Below are positions 37,461-47,613 of a stretch of DNA of 64,000 bases, in pieces. The notes under the pieces were generated by a model, which saw only the letters and a program-made list of their open reading frames with translations, searched no databases and was not told the DNA's origin. The stretch is taken from the NCBI GenBank assembly GCA_004321885.1, contig SCQK01000007.1:128001-192000 (forward strand), given 5' to 3'. Position 1 is the first letter of the stretch. Each line of letters begins with the position of its first letter. Both the position numbers and the translations under genes were made by a program. This DNA comes from Patescibacteria group bacterium. GTDB lineage: Bacteria; Patescibacteriota; Patescibacteriia; Magasanikbacterales; GWA2-37-8.

Positions 37461-37931
37461 ATGAAATTAATTGTCGGTCTGGGAAATCCGGGAAAAGAAT
37501 ACGAAGGCACGCGGCATAACGTGGGATTTTTTTGCGTTGATAAATTAAAGGAGGCGCTGGCCGGCGCGAAAATAATTTTTGCCAAGCCGGATAAATTTAT
37601 GAACAACTCGGGCCCGGCCGTGGCCAAAATTTTGCGCTACCATAAAATAAAACCGAGCGACCTGCTGGTGATTCACGACGACAAAGACATTCCACTCGGC
37701 GAATACAAAATCCAGACCGGACGCGGCTCGGCCGGGCACAAGGGCGCGCAGTCTATCATTGACGCTTTGGACACGAAAGATTTCACGCGCCTGCGCGTCG
37801 GAATCGCGCCCACGGATAAAGAAATAAAAAACACGAGCGATTTTGTGCTGAAAAAATTTAGCAAAAAAGAAAAAGAAATAATCAATCAAGTTAGTAATGA
37901 AATAGTTGAACGGATAAAATCTCAAATATGA
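37461..37931 (+). CDS. pth: peptidyl-tRNA hydrolase
   Basis: MKLIVGLGNPGKEYEGTRHNVGF signature. Confidence 0.92.
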   Translation: MKLIVGLGNPGKEYEGTRHNVGFFCVDKLKEALAGAKIIFAKPDKFMNNSGPAVAKILRYHKIKPSDLLVIHDDKDIPLGEYKIQTGRGSAGHKGAQSIIDALDTKDFTRLRVGIAPTDKEIKNTSDFVLKKFSKKEKEIINQVSNEIVERIKSQI

Positions 37932-39010
37932 ACTATCGCGCGGCGCTGGCCCATTTCCCGAAAATTACGTACGGAAGGTACAAAAAAATTCTGGACCTTT
38001 TTTCGGATTTGAAAAATTTGTGGCAGGCGGAAATGGAAGAACTGACGCAAGCCGGCCTGGAAGAAAACATCGCGCACGAATTTTTGCTCTGGCGCGAATC
38101 CAACCCGGCCGGCTCCATTTTGGAACGGATGAAAAAAGAAAAAATTAAAACCGTGTCTTTGGGCGACCCGGCTTACCCGGCTTTGCTCGCCGAAATAAAC
38201 GACCCGCCCATGACTTTGTTTTATCGCGGAGTTTTGGAAGCGGACAACGGCCCGGCCGTGGCCGTGGTGGGCACGCGCAATTGCACCATGTACGGCCAGC
38301 AGGTCTGCGTGGAAATCAGCGGCGCCTTGGCGCGGCAAGGCATTACAGTGGTCAGCGGACTGGCGCTGGGGCTGGACGGCGCGGCCCACCAGGCGGCCTT
38401 GGAAAACAAAGGCAGGACCATTGCCGTGCTCGGCTCGGGCATTGACGACGCGCATATTTATCCTTCGGCTCATCGCCCATTGGCGCAAAAAATCATCGCC
38501 GAGGGCGGGGCCGTTGTTTCCGAATATCCGCCGGGCTTTTTGGCCGCGCCCTATTCTTTTCCGGCGCGCAACCGCATCATCGCCGGGCTGTCGCTGGGCA
38601 CGTTGGTGGTGGAAGCCCCCGAGGAATCCGGCGCGCTCATTACCGCGCGCTGCGCCCTTGATTACAACCGCGAAGTTTTTGCCGTGCCGCACAATATTAC
38701 TTCCGCAAACGGCGTAGGGTGCAACAACCAATTAAAACTCGGGGCCAAACTCGTTACCTCGGCCGACGATATATTGGAGGCTTTAAATCTAAAAAGTCTG
38801 GCCCAAACCGTGCTTTTGAAAAAAGAACCGGCCGCGTCAAACCCGACCGAAGAAGCGGTGCTGGCACAGCTGTCGCGCGAACCCAAACACATAGACGCCG
38901 TGGCCAAGGAAACAGGCATTGACAGCCGGCTAATAAGTAGTACACTAACGCTGTTGGAAATAAAAGGAGTGGTAAAAAATCTGGGGGGAATGAATTATGT
39001 TGTAAGTTAA
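37928..39010 (+). CDS. dprA: DNA-processing protein DprA (Smf)
   Basis: Rossmann-like VVSGLALGLDGAAHQAAL...VVEAPEESGALITA motifs. Confidence 0.88.
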   Translation: MNYRAALAHFPKITYGRYKKILDLFSDLKNLWQAEMEELTQAGLEENIAHEFLLWRESNPAGSILERMKKEKIKTVSLGDPAYPALLAEINDPPMTLFYRGVLEADNGPAVAVVGTRNCTMYGQQVCVEISGALARQGITVVSGLALGLDGAAHQAALENKGRTIAVLGSGIDDAHIYPSAHRPLAQKIIAEGGAVVSEYPPGFLAAPYSFPARNRIIAGLSLGTLVVEAPEESGALITARCALDYNREVFAVPHNITSANGVGCNNQLKLGAKLVTSADDILEALNLKSLAQTVLLKKEPAASNPTEEAVLAQLSREPKHIDAVAKETGIDSRLISSTLTLLEIKGVVKNLGGMNYVVS

Positions 39011-39067
39011 GTGTCAAAAACATAAGTACTAAATAAAAAGCCCGCAAAGAGTCAATAATTTTTATCT

Positions 39068-39739
39068 ATGACAAAATCAACCATACAAAAAATTGTATTC
39101 ACAATCATATTTGTAGCCATCGGCTTCGGCCTGATGCAAGTGCCATTTACCCAGCTGATAGGCTCAAAATTAAAATTCACTTTGTTTGATTTTTACGGCC
39201 CAATCGCCGGCGGATTTCTGGGTTCGGTTTGGGGTATGATTACGGTTTTGGCAATGCAAATCGCCAACTGGGCTTGGCACGGATTTAACACCGAAACAGC
39301 CACCCTTATTCGCTTTTTCCCCATGCTGTTCGCGGTTTTGTACTTTGCCAGAAAATCACGCGCCATTTTGGCAGTGCCGGTCATCGCCATGCTCGTGTTT
39401 TGGGCGCATCCCGAGGGCAGGCAGGCTTGGCACTTCGCTCTGTATTGGCTGATTCCTTTGGCAGCGCACTTTTTCCGAAATAAAATTTTGTTCGCGCGCG
39501 CTTTGGGCACGACCTTTACGGCCCACGCGGTGGGCGGCGCATTGTGGATTTGGTTTGTGCCCGGCATGAAGGCCGCGGCCTGGATAGGCCTCATTCCGGT
39601 GGTTTGGAAAGAACGCGGGCTGATGGCAATCGGCATTACCTTGTCTTTCGTCGTCTTCAATTTCCTCTTCAGCCTGGCCGCTAAAAAAATCCGGGGCCTG
39701 GACTTTCTGAAACTTCACCCAAAGTATTCGGTCAAATGA
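39068..39739 (+). CDS. polytopic membrane protein, possibly an ECF-transporter S-component-like protein (next to folC)
   Basis: Six to seven TM helices, about 220 aa, translationally coupled to folC. The family assignment is tentative. Confidence 0.35.
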   Translation: MTKSTIQKIVFTIIFVAIGFGLMQVPFTQLIGSKLKFTLFDFYGPIAGGFLGSVWGMITVLAMQIANWAWHGFNTETATLIRFFPMLFAVLYFARKSRAILAVPVIAMLVFWAHPEGRQAWHFALYWLIPLAAHFFRNKILFARALGTTFTAHAVGGALWIWFVPGMKAAAWIGLIPVVWKERGLMAIGITLSFVVFNFLFSLAAKKIRGLDFLKLHPKYSVK

Positions 39740-41115
39740 ACTTCCAAGAGGCCTACAATTACATAATCTCCCTGGCCAATATTCCGCGCAAAGAATACAT
39801 GGCCGACCCCAAACATTGCCCCTGGTACTTAAAACGGTTGAAGTTTTTTTTGCGTATTTTGGGAAATCCGGAGAAAAAAATACCCCACATCATACACGTT
39901 ACCGGCACCAGCGGCAAGGGTTCGGTCTGCCTGATGTTGGACTCCATTCTGCGTGAAGCGGCCCGCCACCGCGCCAAAAATTTTGGTGTGGTGGGCACGC
40001 TCACATCGCCTCACGCCTCGGCCATTATGGAGCGCTGGGAAGTAAACGGCCGGCCAATGCCTAAAAAAGAATTCGCGGCGCTGGTAGAAAAAATCAAGCC
40101 CAAACTGGACCAGTATATGCGCAAAACGCCGTATGACATGCTCGCCTACGGCGAACTGGCCACGGCTATGGCGCTTTACTATTTCGCCAAAAAAAAAATA
40201 GAATGGGCCGTGCTGGAAGTGGGCTGCGGCGGACGCTATGATTCCACCAATGTAATCCCGCGCAAAGATGTGGCCGTGATAACTAATATCGGCCTTGATC
40301 ATACGCAAACACTCGGCAATACCAAAGAAAAAATCGCCTATGAAAAAGCCGGCATTATCAAACGCGGATGCCAGGTGTTCACGATGGAAACAAACAAAAA
40401 AATTCTGCGCGTGATAGAAAAAGAATGCCAAAAAAATCACGCCCCGCTTAAAATTGTCTACCCCTTAGGCTGGCTCCATAGTTCCGCCAAAGGCGGACTG
40501 TGGAGCCAACGAATGCACTCTGGCTCCACAGCCCTTTGGGACTATGGAGCCAGCCGCCTCCCGGTTCTCGGCGCCCATCAACAAAAAAACGCGGCCCTCG
40601 CGGCCGCGGTGGCGCGTTCAATCGGCATCTCCGAAAAAGCAATCACGCGCGGCCTGGCCAAAGTAAAATTGCCAATCAGAATGGAAGTCGTTTCGCGCAA
40701 GCCCATAGTCATCTTAGACGGCGCGCACAACAAGGACAAAATGCAAACAACAGTGGAAGCAATCTCCTCCCCCTTTATAAGGGGGAGGCGTGGTGGGGGT
40801 AGGGGTAACATCCACCTCATCCTCGGCTTTGCCGACAATAAGGACTACCCGGCCATGCTCAAACAGCTCGCGGCGCTAAAACCAACCACCGTCGCCTGCA
40901 CCCGCTTCAGCCACAATTTCTTCCGCAAGGCCGCGGACCCCAAAATCCTGGCGGCCAAAATAAAAAAACTGCTTCCCCGCGCCAAAACCGAAATTTTTTT
41001 GGATGTTTTAGACGGCTTCAGCTGGAGCAAAAAACAAGCCGCGCCCAGCGACATTATCCTCTGCACCGGCTCCATATTCCTAAGCGGCGAATTGCGTCTC
41101 AAAATTATCAGGTGA
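39736..41115 (+). CDS. folC: folylpolyglutamate synthase/dihydrofolate synthase (Mur ligase family)
   Basis: HVTGTSGKGS P-loop; NIGLDH. It carries in-frame repeat insertions at 40468-40555 (family E) and 40762-40809 (family A). Confidence 0.85.
   Translation: MNFQEAYNYIISLANIPRKEYMADPKHCPWYLKRLKFFLRILGNPEKKIPHIIHVTGTSGKGSVCLMLDSILREAARHRAKNFGVVGTLTSPHASAIMERWEVNGRPMPKKEFAALVEKIKPKLDQYMRKTPYDMLAYGELATAMALYYFAKKKIEWAVLEVGCGGRYDSTNVIPRKDVAVITNIGLDHTQTLGNTKEKIAYEKAGIIKRGCQVFTMETNKKILRVIEKECQKNHAPLKIVYPLGWLHSSAKGGLWSQRMHSGSTALWDYGASRLPVLGAHQQKNAALAAAVARSIGISEKAITRGLAKVKLPIRMEVVSRKPIVILDGAHNKDKMQTTVEAISSPFIRGRRGGGRGNIHLILGFADNKDYPAMLKQLAALKPTTVACTRFSHNFFRKAADPKILAAKIKKLLPRAKTEIFLDVLDGFSWSKKQAAPSDIILCTGSIFLSGELRLKIIR
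40468..40555. repeat. family E double hairpin in-frame in folC (encodes GWLHSSAKGGLWSQRMHSGSTALWDYGASR)
   Basis: ggctggctccatagttccgccaaaggcggactgtggagcc...ctggctccacagccctttgggactatggagccagcc. Confidence 0.8.
40762..40809. repeat. family A hairpin in-frame in folC (encodes SPFIRGRRGGGRGN)
   Basis: tcctccccctttataagggggaggcgtggtgggggtaggggtaac. Confidence 0.8.
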
Positions 41116-41169
41116 TAACCGCATATTGATAACCGCATATTTGACTAAACGCGATTTTTGCTTTATTCT
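41113..41169 (+). promoter_or_regulatory. tandem direct repeat (TGATAACCGCATAT x2) abutting a TTGACT-17-TATTCT promoter-like element upstream of topA
   Basis: gtgataaccgcatattgataaccgcatatTTGACTaaacgcgatttttgcttTATTCT. Confidence 0.35.
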
Positions 41170-41179
41170 TTATTAAATG

Positions 41180-41228
41180 ACCATTACCCCCTCCTCGCCT
41201 CCCCCTTCAAAAGGGGAAGAGAAATAAT
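41180..41228. repeat. family A hairpin in the topA leader
   Basis: ccattaccccctcctcgcctcccccttcaaaaggggaagagaaataat. Confidence 0.8.
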
Positions 41229-41229
41229 T

Positions 41230-43449
41230 ATGTCCACTCTCGTCATCGTGGAATCGCCCACCAAGGCAAAAACCATTTCCAAATTTCTCGGCAAAGACTA
41301 CACAGTGAAGTCGTCTTTCGGGCATCTGCGCGATTTGCCCAAAAGCAAACTGGGCGTGGATACGGAACACAACTTTGAACCGCACTACATCGTGAGCCGC
41401 GCCAAGACCAAAATCGCCAAGGAACTGAAATCAGCGGCCAAAAAATGCGATGAAGTGCTATTCGCCACTGATGAAGACCGCGAGGGCGAGGCCATTTCCT
41501 GGCACCTGGCCTTTATTTTAGACATAGACCCGGAAGACGCCAAGCGCATTGTTTTTCATGAGATAACCAAAACAGCCATCACCCACGCCCTGCAAAATCC
41601 CCGCCCCCTGGACATGAAGATGGTGCACGCCCAGCAGGCCCGCCGCGTGCTGGACCGCCTGGTCGGCTACGAACTCTCGCCTTTCCTGTGGCGCAAAGTG
41701 GCGCGCGGGCTGTCGGCCGGACGGGTGCAATCCGTGGCCGTGCGCCTGATCTGCGAACGCGAACGCGAAATCCAGGCCTTCAAATCCGAAGAATACTGGA
41801 CCCTGGAAGGAACTTTTATAGCGCCCGAAAAAGCCGGGGAACCAAAAGAATTTTCCGCCAAACTTTTTTCCATGCCGGGCAAAAAGCTGGAAAAACTTGA
41901 CCTCAAAAACAAAGAACAAATTGACAAAATTTTATCCGACTTAAAAGACGCGCGCTACGCCGTCGCCGGCGTGGAAGAAAAAAAAATAAAGCGCGTTCCC
42001 CCGCCCCCGTTCACCACTTCCGCGCTCCAGCAGGAAGCGCATCACCGGCTGGGATTTTCGGCCAAGCAGACAATGATGCTGGCCCAGCAATTATACGAGG
42101 GCGTGGAACTGACCGGCGAGGGCGCGGCCGGTCTTATCACCTACATGAGAACCGACTCGGTAAACCTGTCGGAAAAATTTTTGGACGACGCCAAAAATTA
42201 TGTGCAAAAAACTTTTGGCAGCCAATATGCCCTAACGGCTCCGCGAGTCTTTCGCAACAAAAGCAAAAACGCGCAGGAAGCGCACGAATCAATCCGCCCC
42301 ACCGAAGCCGGCCGCGCGCCCGACCAGCTGAAAGACCATTTGGAAAAAAATCAATTCAGGCTTTACGATTTAATCTGGCGCCGCGCCCTGGCCACGCAAA
42401 TGGCCGCGGCCGAGCTCAAAGCCACGGCCATAGACATTGCCTGTGACAAAAATTATGATTTCAAAGCCAACGGCCAGCAAATTATTTTTGACGGCTTTTT
42501 GCAATTGTATCCGGACAAATCAAAAGAAAACTATTTGCCGCGCCTGAAAAAAGACGACGAAGTAAGTTGCAAAGAATTAAAACCCGAACAGCACTTCACC
42601 GAGCCGCCGGCGCGCTACAACGACGCCACGCTCGTGAAAACCCTGGAAGATTACGGCATCGGCCGGCCTTCCACCTACGCCCCCACCATCGCCACCATAG
42701 AAGACCGCGGCTACATTGAACGCGACGACAAAAAACGGCTGGCGCCCAAAGAAATCGCTTTTTTGGTAAACGATTTGCTGGTCAAACATTTCCCTCATGT
42801 CGTTGATTTCAAATTCACGGCCGAAATAGAAGACAGCCTGGACCAAATCGCGCGCGGCCAAAAACAGTGGCAGCCGGTGGTGGCGGATTTCTACGGGCCC
42901 TTTGAAAAAAATCTGCGCCAAAAAGACCAGGAACTGAAAAAAAGCGACATCGCGCAGGAAAAAACAGACGAGGTATGCGAAAAATGCGGGTCGCCCATGC
43001 TCATCAAAATGGGGCGCTTCGGCAAATTTATGGCCTGCTCCAATTTCCCGGAATGCAAAAACACCAAAAATCTAAACGGCGGCAAAAGCGCCGAGCCAGA
43101 GCCCACCGACGAGATATGCGAAAAATGCGGGTCGCCCATGCTAAAACGTCAGGGCCGCTATGGCCCCTTCCTGGGCTGTTCCAAATATCCGGCCTGCAAA
43201 AATATCAAAAATATTGACGTAAAAATAAACCTTAAATGCCCAAAGTGCGGCGCGGGCGACGTGGTGGCCAAGCGCAGCAAGCGCGGCAAAACTTTTTACG
43301 GCTGTAACCGCTACCCGGACTGCGATTTCGCCCTGTGGGATAAACCGACGGGCGAATTGTGCCCTGACTGCGGCAAGCCCCTGGTGTTCGGCAAAGAAAA
43401 AACCAGATGCTCAAACAAAGAATGCTCATACGAAAAAAATCCCGCTTAA
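41230..43449 (+). CDS. topA: DNA topoisomerase I
   Basis: Toprim MSTLVIVESPTKAKTI; active-site region; C-terminal C4 zinc ribbons (CEKCGSPM, repeated). The start is at 41230, not the track's 41158. Confidence 0.93.
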   Translation: MSTLVIVESPTKAKTISKFLGKDYTVKSSFGHLRDLPKSKLGVDTEHNFEPHYIVSRAKTKIAKELKSAAKKCDEVLFATDEDREGEAISWHLAFILDIDPEDAKRIVFHEITKTAITHALQNPRPLDMKMVHAQQARRVLDRLVGYELSPFLWRKVARGLSAGRVQSVAVRLICEREREIQAFKSEEYWTLEGTFIAPEKAGEPKEFSAKLFSMPGKKLEKLDLKNKEQIDKILSDLKDARYAVAGVEEKKIKRVPPPPFTTSALQQEAHHRLGFSAKQTMMLAQQLYEGVELTGEGAAGLITYMRTDSVNLSEKFLDDAKNYVQKTFGSQYALTAPRVFRNKSKNAQEAHESIRPTEAGRAPDQLKDHLEKNQFRLYDLIWRRALATQMAAAELKATAIDIACDKNYDFKANGQQIIFDGFLQLYPDKSKENYLPRLKKDDEVSCKELKPEQHFTEPPARYNDATLVKTLEDYGIGRPSTYAPTIATIEDRGYIERDDKKRLAPKEIAFLVNDLLVKHFPHVVDFKFTAEIEDSLDQIARGQKQWQPVVADFYGPFEKNLRQKDQELKKSDIAQEKTDEVCEKCGSPMLIKMGRFGKFMACSNFPECKNTKNLNGGKSAEPEPTDEICEKCGSPMLKRQGRYGPFLGCSKYPACKNIKNIDVKINLKCPKCGAGDVVAKRSKRGKTFYGCNRYPDCDFALWDKPTGELCPDCGKPLVFGKEKTRCSNKECSYEKNPA

Positions 43450-43459
43450 AACGGGATTT

Positions 43460-45016
43460 TTGTTTCCGCCCGCCGCAGTTGAAAAAAGAAGCGAAGCCTG
43501 TATAATGGAAGTTATGCGCGAAATCATTCTCAAAAACGACCCGGAACTCAAGGACCTCCTGGATGAACTAAAAAATTATTGCCGCAAAGACGACCTGATA
43601 ATGGCTCGCCTGGTTTATGATTTCGCGGACAAGGCGCATGAGGGGCAGATGCGCAAATCAGGCGTGCCGTACATAAAGCATTGTCTGGCCACGGCCTACA
43701 TTTTGGCCAAAATGAAGATTGACATCGGCATTATTATCGCCGCTCTGCTTCACGACGTGCCCGAGGACACCCATGTCACGCTGGAAGAAGTGGAGAAAAA
43801 TTTCGGCCATGACGTGGCCTCGCTGGTAAAAGGCGTCACCAAATTGGGCAAGCTGAAATATCGCGGCGTGGAAAGATACATTGAGAACCTGCGCAAAATG
43901 TTCGTGGCCATGGCCGAAGACATCCGCGTAATGATTATAAAATTCGCGGACCGCATCAACAACCTGGCCACGCTCGACGCCCTGCCGCCCAAAAAACGCC
44001 ACCGCATCGCTCTGGAAAGCCTGGAAATTTACGCCCCCATTGCCAACCGCCTGGGTATGGGCGAATTCAAAAGTCTACTGGAGGATTTGTCTTTTCCGCA
44101 TATCTATCCCAAAGAATATGAAAAAGTTTTTCAAGTCAGACAAGATTACCTGGCCGGACAGCAGGCCTATTTGGACCGGGTGATGCAAATCGCGAGGGAA
44201 GAAATGACCGCCGCCGGCATCAATTGGAGCGACGTGCACGGCCGCGAAAAAACCTTGTACAGTTTGTATAAAAAAATACTGAGCAAGGGCTGGGACAACG
44301 TGGACAAAGTGTACGACATCGTGGCCATCAGAATCATCGTGGGCGACGTAGGCGACTGCTACGCGGCCCTGGGCATTATCCACAAACTGTGGCGCCCGCT
44401 CAAAGGCAGAATAAAAGATTATATATCCCAGCCCAAGCCCAACGGCTACAAATCATTGCACACCACGGTTTTTTGCGCCGAGGGCAGAATCGTGGAATTT
44501 CAGATTCGCGACGCGGAAATGCACGGCGAGGCCGAGCACGGCATCGCCGCCCACTGGCATTACGACGAACAGGGCGCTAAAATTCCGGCGCGCGACATCA
44601 ACTGGGCCGTGGAGCTGGCTTCCATCCAAAAAAATATTTTGGAAAAAATTTCCGACCTCAACGAGCTGAAAGTGGACTTTTTCCGCAACCGCATTTTTGT
44701 TTTCACCCCCCAGGGCGACGTGATGGACCTGCCCGAAGACGCCACGCCCATTGATTTCGCCTACAACATTCACACCGACGTGGGCAACCATTGCAACGGC
44801 GCCAAGGTCAATGACCAGATGGTCTCTCTGGATGCGCCCTTAAAAAGCGGGGACGTGGTGGAGATTATTATGGACAAAAACCGCAAAGGCCCCAGCCCGG
44901 ACTGGCTGAAAACCGTAAAAACCCACTCAGCCAAATCGCGCATCAAATCCAATCTCAAACATAGCCGCTCGTCTTTGTGGCTGCAAATGATTTTGCCGAA
45001 GCCGAAGAAGAAGTGA
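43460..45016 (+). CDS. bifunctional (p)ppGpp synthetase/hydrolase, RelA/SpoT family (short form)
   Basis: HD hydrolase LLHDVPEDT; synthetase DYISQPKPNGYKSLHTTV; TGS-like C-terminus. The start may be the internal ATG at 43475. Confidence 0.88.
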   Translation: MFPPAAVEKRSEACIMEVMREIILKNDPELKDLLDELKNYCRKDDLIMARLVYDFADKAHEGQMRKSGVPYIKHCLATAYILAKMKIDIGIIIAALLHDVPEDTHVTLEEVEKNFGHDVASLVKGVTKLGKLKYRGVERYIENLRKMFVAMAEDIRVMIIKFADRINNLATLDALPPKKRHRIALESLEIYAPIANRLGMGEFKSLLEDLSFPHIYPKEYEKVFQVRQDYLAGQQAYLDRVMQIAREEMTAAGINWSDVHGREKTLYSLYKKILSKGWDNVDKVYDIVAIRIIVGDVGDCYAALGIIHKLWRPLKGRIKDYISQPKPNGYKSLHTTVFCAEGRIVEFQIRDAEMHGEAEHGIAAHWHYDEQGAKIPARDINWAVELASIQKNILEKISDLNELKVDFFRNRIFVFTPQGDVMDLPEDATPIDFAYNIHTDVGNHCNGAKVNDQMVSLDAPLKSGDVVEIIMDKNRKGPSPDWLKTVKTHSAKSRIKSNLKHSRSSLWLQMILPKPKKK

Positions 45017-45018
45017 AT

Positions 45019-45867
45019 TTACGGCCCCTTGGTGATGCGCTTGATGAGGCGCGCTAATTCCTCCCGGGAATAAAAATCAATGTGAATAGCGCCGCGCTCT
45101 CCCCTTTTGGTGATGTTTACTCGCGTGCTTAAAATGCCGCGCAATTCGTCTTCCAAAAAAGATAAATTCGGGTCGCGCTTTTTTTTATTTAAGGTAACTT
45201 TGCTCGCTTCTCTTTCTGTTTCGGCAGAAGACATTTTCCCGGCCAGCATGGTGGCCAATGCCGCCATTTGTTTTTTGACATCGGGAAAAGCCAATAGGGC
45301 GCGCGCCTGAGCATAGCCTATCTGTTCTTTTATCAGGGCTTCTTTGGCTGGCTCGGGCAAATCCAGCAAACGGATGGTATTGGAAATCACGGGCCGGCTT
45401 TTGCCCACGCGCTTGCCAATGTCTTCGTGCGAAATGCCAAACTCTTTGTGCAGACGGCTATACGCGAAAGCCTTTTCTATGGGATTCAGGTCTTCGCGCT
45501 GGATGTTTTCTATCAAAGCCACTTCCAACTTTTGCTTGTCCGGCAATTCTTTAATAATAGCCGGCACCGTGGCCAGACGCAAAAGCTGGGCCGCGCGCAA
45601 GCGGCGCTCGCCGGCCACCAGCTCATAGCCGCCGTCGGCCTTTTCCGTAACCAACAGGGGCTGTAAAATGCCATGCTCTTTGATGGAATCAGCCAGCTCG
45701 CCCAGCTCTGGCTCGCTGAAATTTTTGCGCGGCTGATGCGGATTGGGCGCAATGGCATGAGCCGGAATCTGCCAAATTTTGCTTTGGTTTTCATTGCCGG
45801 CGCTTGGCTTGTTTTTTTTGGATGAAGTGGGCGTGATAAGCGCGCCCAAACCGCGACCTAATGACAT
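45019..45867 (-). CDS. parB: chromosome partitioning protein ParB
   Basis: GILQPLLVTEK...YELVAGERRLRAA ParB box and HTH. Confidence 0.9.
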   Translation of the reverse strand: MSLGRGLGALITPTSSKKNKPSAGNENQSKIWQIPAHAIAPNPHQPRKNFSEPELGELADSIKEHGILQPLLVTEKADGGYELVAGERRLRAAQLLRLATVPAIIKELPDKQKLEVALIENIQREDLNPIEKAFAYSRLHKEFGISHEDIGKRVGKSRPVISNTIRLLDLPEPAKEALIKEQIGYAQARALLAFPDVKKQMAALATMLAGKMSSAETEREASKVTLNKKKRDPNLSFLEDELRGILSTRVNITKRGERGAIHIDFYSREELARLIKRITKGP

Positions 45868-45872
45868 AAAAT

Positions 45873-45915
45873 GTACCCCCTACCTAACCTCCCCCTTATT
45901 AAGGGGGAGGACATT
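45873..45915. repeat. family A hairpin between parA and parB
   Basis: gtaccccctacctaacctcccccttattaagggggaggacatt. Confidence 0.8.
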
Positions 45916-46678
45916 ATTCAAACGCTCCCAATAATTCCCTGGCCAGCCGCTCGTAGGCCTTGGCCGCTTTGCCGCCGTTGTCGTAATGAAAAATACTCTG
46001 CCCGAAACTGGGGGCCTCGGCCAAACGCACGGTGCGCGGAATCACGGACCGGAAAATATTATTGGGAAAAAATTTGTAAAGCTCGTTCATCACTTCGCCC
46101 GACAGGCTGTTGCGCGGGTCATACATGGTGAGCACGGCGCCGAGCACTTTCAGGTCCGGCTTCAAACTCTCGCGCACCAGGTCTATAGTTTTCAAGAGCT
46201 GGCCCAAACCTTCCAGGGCGTAATACTCGGCTTGCACCGGAATAAGCACGTGGGTGGCGGCAATGAGCCCGTTTAGGGTTAAAAGGCCAAGCGACGGCGG
46301 GCAGTCTATAATAATATAGTCGTAAGCGTGCGCCACTTCCGAGAGAGCATCAGCCAGTTTGTTCTCGCGCCCTTCCATATTTACCAGCTCCACGCTGGCG
46401 CCGGCTAAATCCGGCGTGGCCGGGGCCACGCGCAAACCGGCATGGCCAGTGTTGAGCACAATATCGTGCAGGCGGGCCTGGCCGGAAATGGTGTGATAAA
46501 GGCCTTTTTCAAGCTCTTGATGTTTTATGCCCAGTCCCGAAGTGGCATTGCCCTGCGGGTCCAAATCAACCAGAAGCACAAACTTGCCTTCTTCGGCCAA
46601 AGCCGCGGCCAGATTGATGGCCGTGGTGGTTTTCCCCACTCCCCCTTTTTGATTCACGATGGAAATAATCTGCGGCAT
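45914..46678 (-). CDS. parA: chromosome partitioning ATPase ParA/Soj
   Basis: IVNQKGGVGKTTTAINLA deviant Walker A. The start is at MPQIISI (46678) rather than the track's 46726. Confidence 0.9.
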   Translation of the reverse strand: MPQIISIVNQKGGVGKTTTAINLAAALAEEGKFVLLVDLDPQGNATSGLGIKHQELEKGLYHTISGQARLHDIVLNTGHAGLRVAPATPDLAGASVELVNMEGRENKLADALSEVAHAYDYIIIDCPPSLGLLTLNGLIAATHVLIPVQAEYYALEGLGQLLKTIDLVRESLKPDLKVLGAVLTMYDPRNSLSGEVMNELYKFFPNNIFRSVIPRTVRLAEAPSFGQSIFHYDNGGKAAKAYERLARELLGAFE

Positions 46679-46791
46679 ACCAAAATTATCATTCCAGCCC
46701 ACGAGCTGGAATCCATTTGTCAACAATAGTATATCATAAAAGCAAACGCGGATAAAGGGCTTCTACGTTTGTTTTTAATTTTACGTCAGGG

Positions 46792-47379
46792 CTACGCCCT
46801 TTTCTCAAACCGTTTTTGCGCGACGGACCAATCCAAAACCCTAAAAAAAGCGGCGATATAATCGGCTCGTTTCGCGCCATAGTCAATCAGATAGGCGTGC
46901 TCAAAAACATCCAGGGGCAAGATGGGCAAAGCGCCGGCCAAATGCCCGATGTGGTGCTCGTTTATCCAGGCATTTGTTAATCGGTTTTCCACGGCGTCAT
47001 AATAAAGAATGGTCCAGCCAATGCCGCGCATGGCCGCGGTGGCGCGAAAATCCGTTTCCCAGTTTTCATAAGAGCCAAAATCCTCAACCATTTTTTCGTG
47101 CAAAGGCGACATGGTGTCAAGCGGCGTGGAATTTTTTGAGAGTTGACCAAAATAATATTCATGCAAGCGCATGCCGTTAAACTCCCAGCCAAAGCGGCGC
47201 TTTAATTCGGCAAACCCGGGCGTATCTGTTTTACCCTCGCCCCTCATTTTTTCCAAAATATCCATGAGTTTGTTGGCATTGGCGACATACCCTTGATAAA
47301 GTGAGAAATGTGTTTGCAGGGCCCGGTCGCTAAAACCCTCCAAACCCAACAGGGCCTCGTAATTTTTCGCTTCGTACAT
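46792..47379 (-). CDS. Fe/Mn superoxide dismutase
   Basis: HH...FNGMRLHEYYF...DVFEHAYLIDY metal ligands and family signature. Confidence 0.9.
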   Translation of the reverse strand: MYEAKNYEALLGLEGFSDRALQTHFSLYQGYVANANKLMDILEKMRGEGKTDTPGFAELKRRFGWEFNGMRLHEYYFGQLSKNSTPLDTMSPLHEKMVEDFGSYENWETDFRATAAMRGIGWTILYYDAVENRLTNAWINEHHIGHLAGALPILPLDVFEHAYLIDYGAKRADYIAAFFRVLDWSVAQKRFEKRA

Positions 47380-47442
47380 ACGTTATAATTAAAAACTAAG
47401 AGCTAACAGGTATGATATACTACCCGGCGCGTGGATGTCAAA

Positions 47443-47471
47443 TTGACAAAAGACCAAAAATCAAATATACT
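47443..47471 (+). promoter_or_regulatory. promoter TTGACA-17-TATACT upstream of tRNA-Leu
   Basis: ttgaca at 47443-47448 and tatact at 47466-47471; the tRNA starts 21 nt downstream. Confidence 0.5.
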
Positions 47472-47491
47472 GTCCATAGTTTTTTGTGTTA

Positions 47492-47576
47492 GCCGAAGTG
47501 GCGGAATTGGCAGACGCGCACGACTCAAAATCGTGTTCCTTCGGGAGTGAGGGTTCGATTCCCTCCTTCGGCACCA
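47492..47576 (+). tRNA. tRNA-Leu (anticodon CAA), CCA encoded
   Basis: GCCGAAG-TG-GCGG-AATTGGCAGA-CGCG-CACGA-CTCAAAA-TCGTG-long variable arm-GAGGG-TTCGATT-CCCTC-CTTCGGC-ACCA. Confidence 0.88.
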
Positions 47577-47613
47577 AAAAAATCCCCCCGGCTTATTCGG
47601 GGGGATTTTTTTA
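47577..47613. terminator. bidirectional rho-independent terminator (tRNA-Leu / rpsA)
   Basis: aaaaaaTCCCCCCG-gcttattc-GGGGGGAttttttt. Confidence 0.7.

Noticed and set aside
41158-41229. Upstream start for topA (track ORF start 41158)
   Set aside because: The extra 24 codons are encoded by a family A hairpin repeat. The conserved Toprim start MSTLVIVESPTKAKTI is at 41230.
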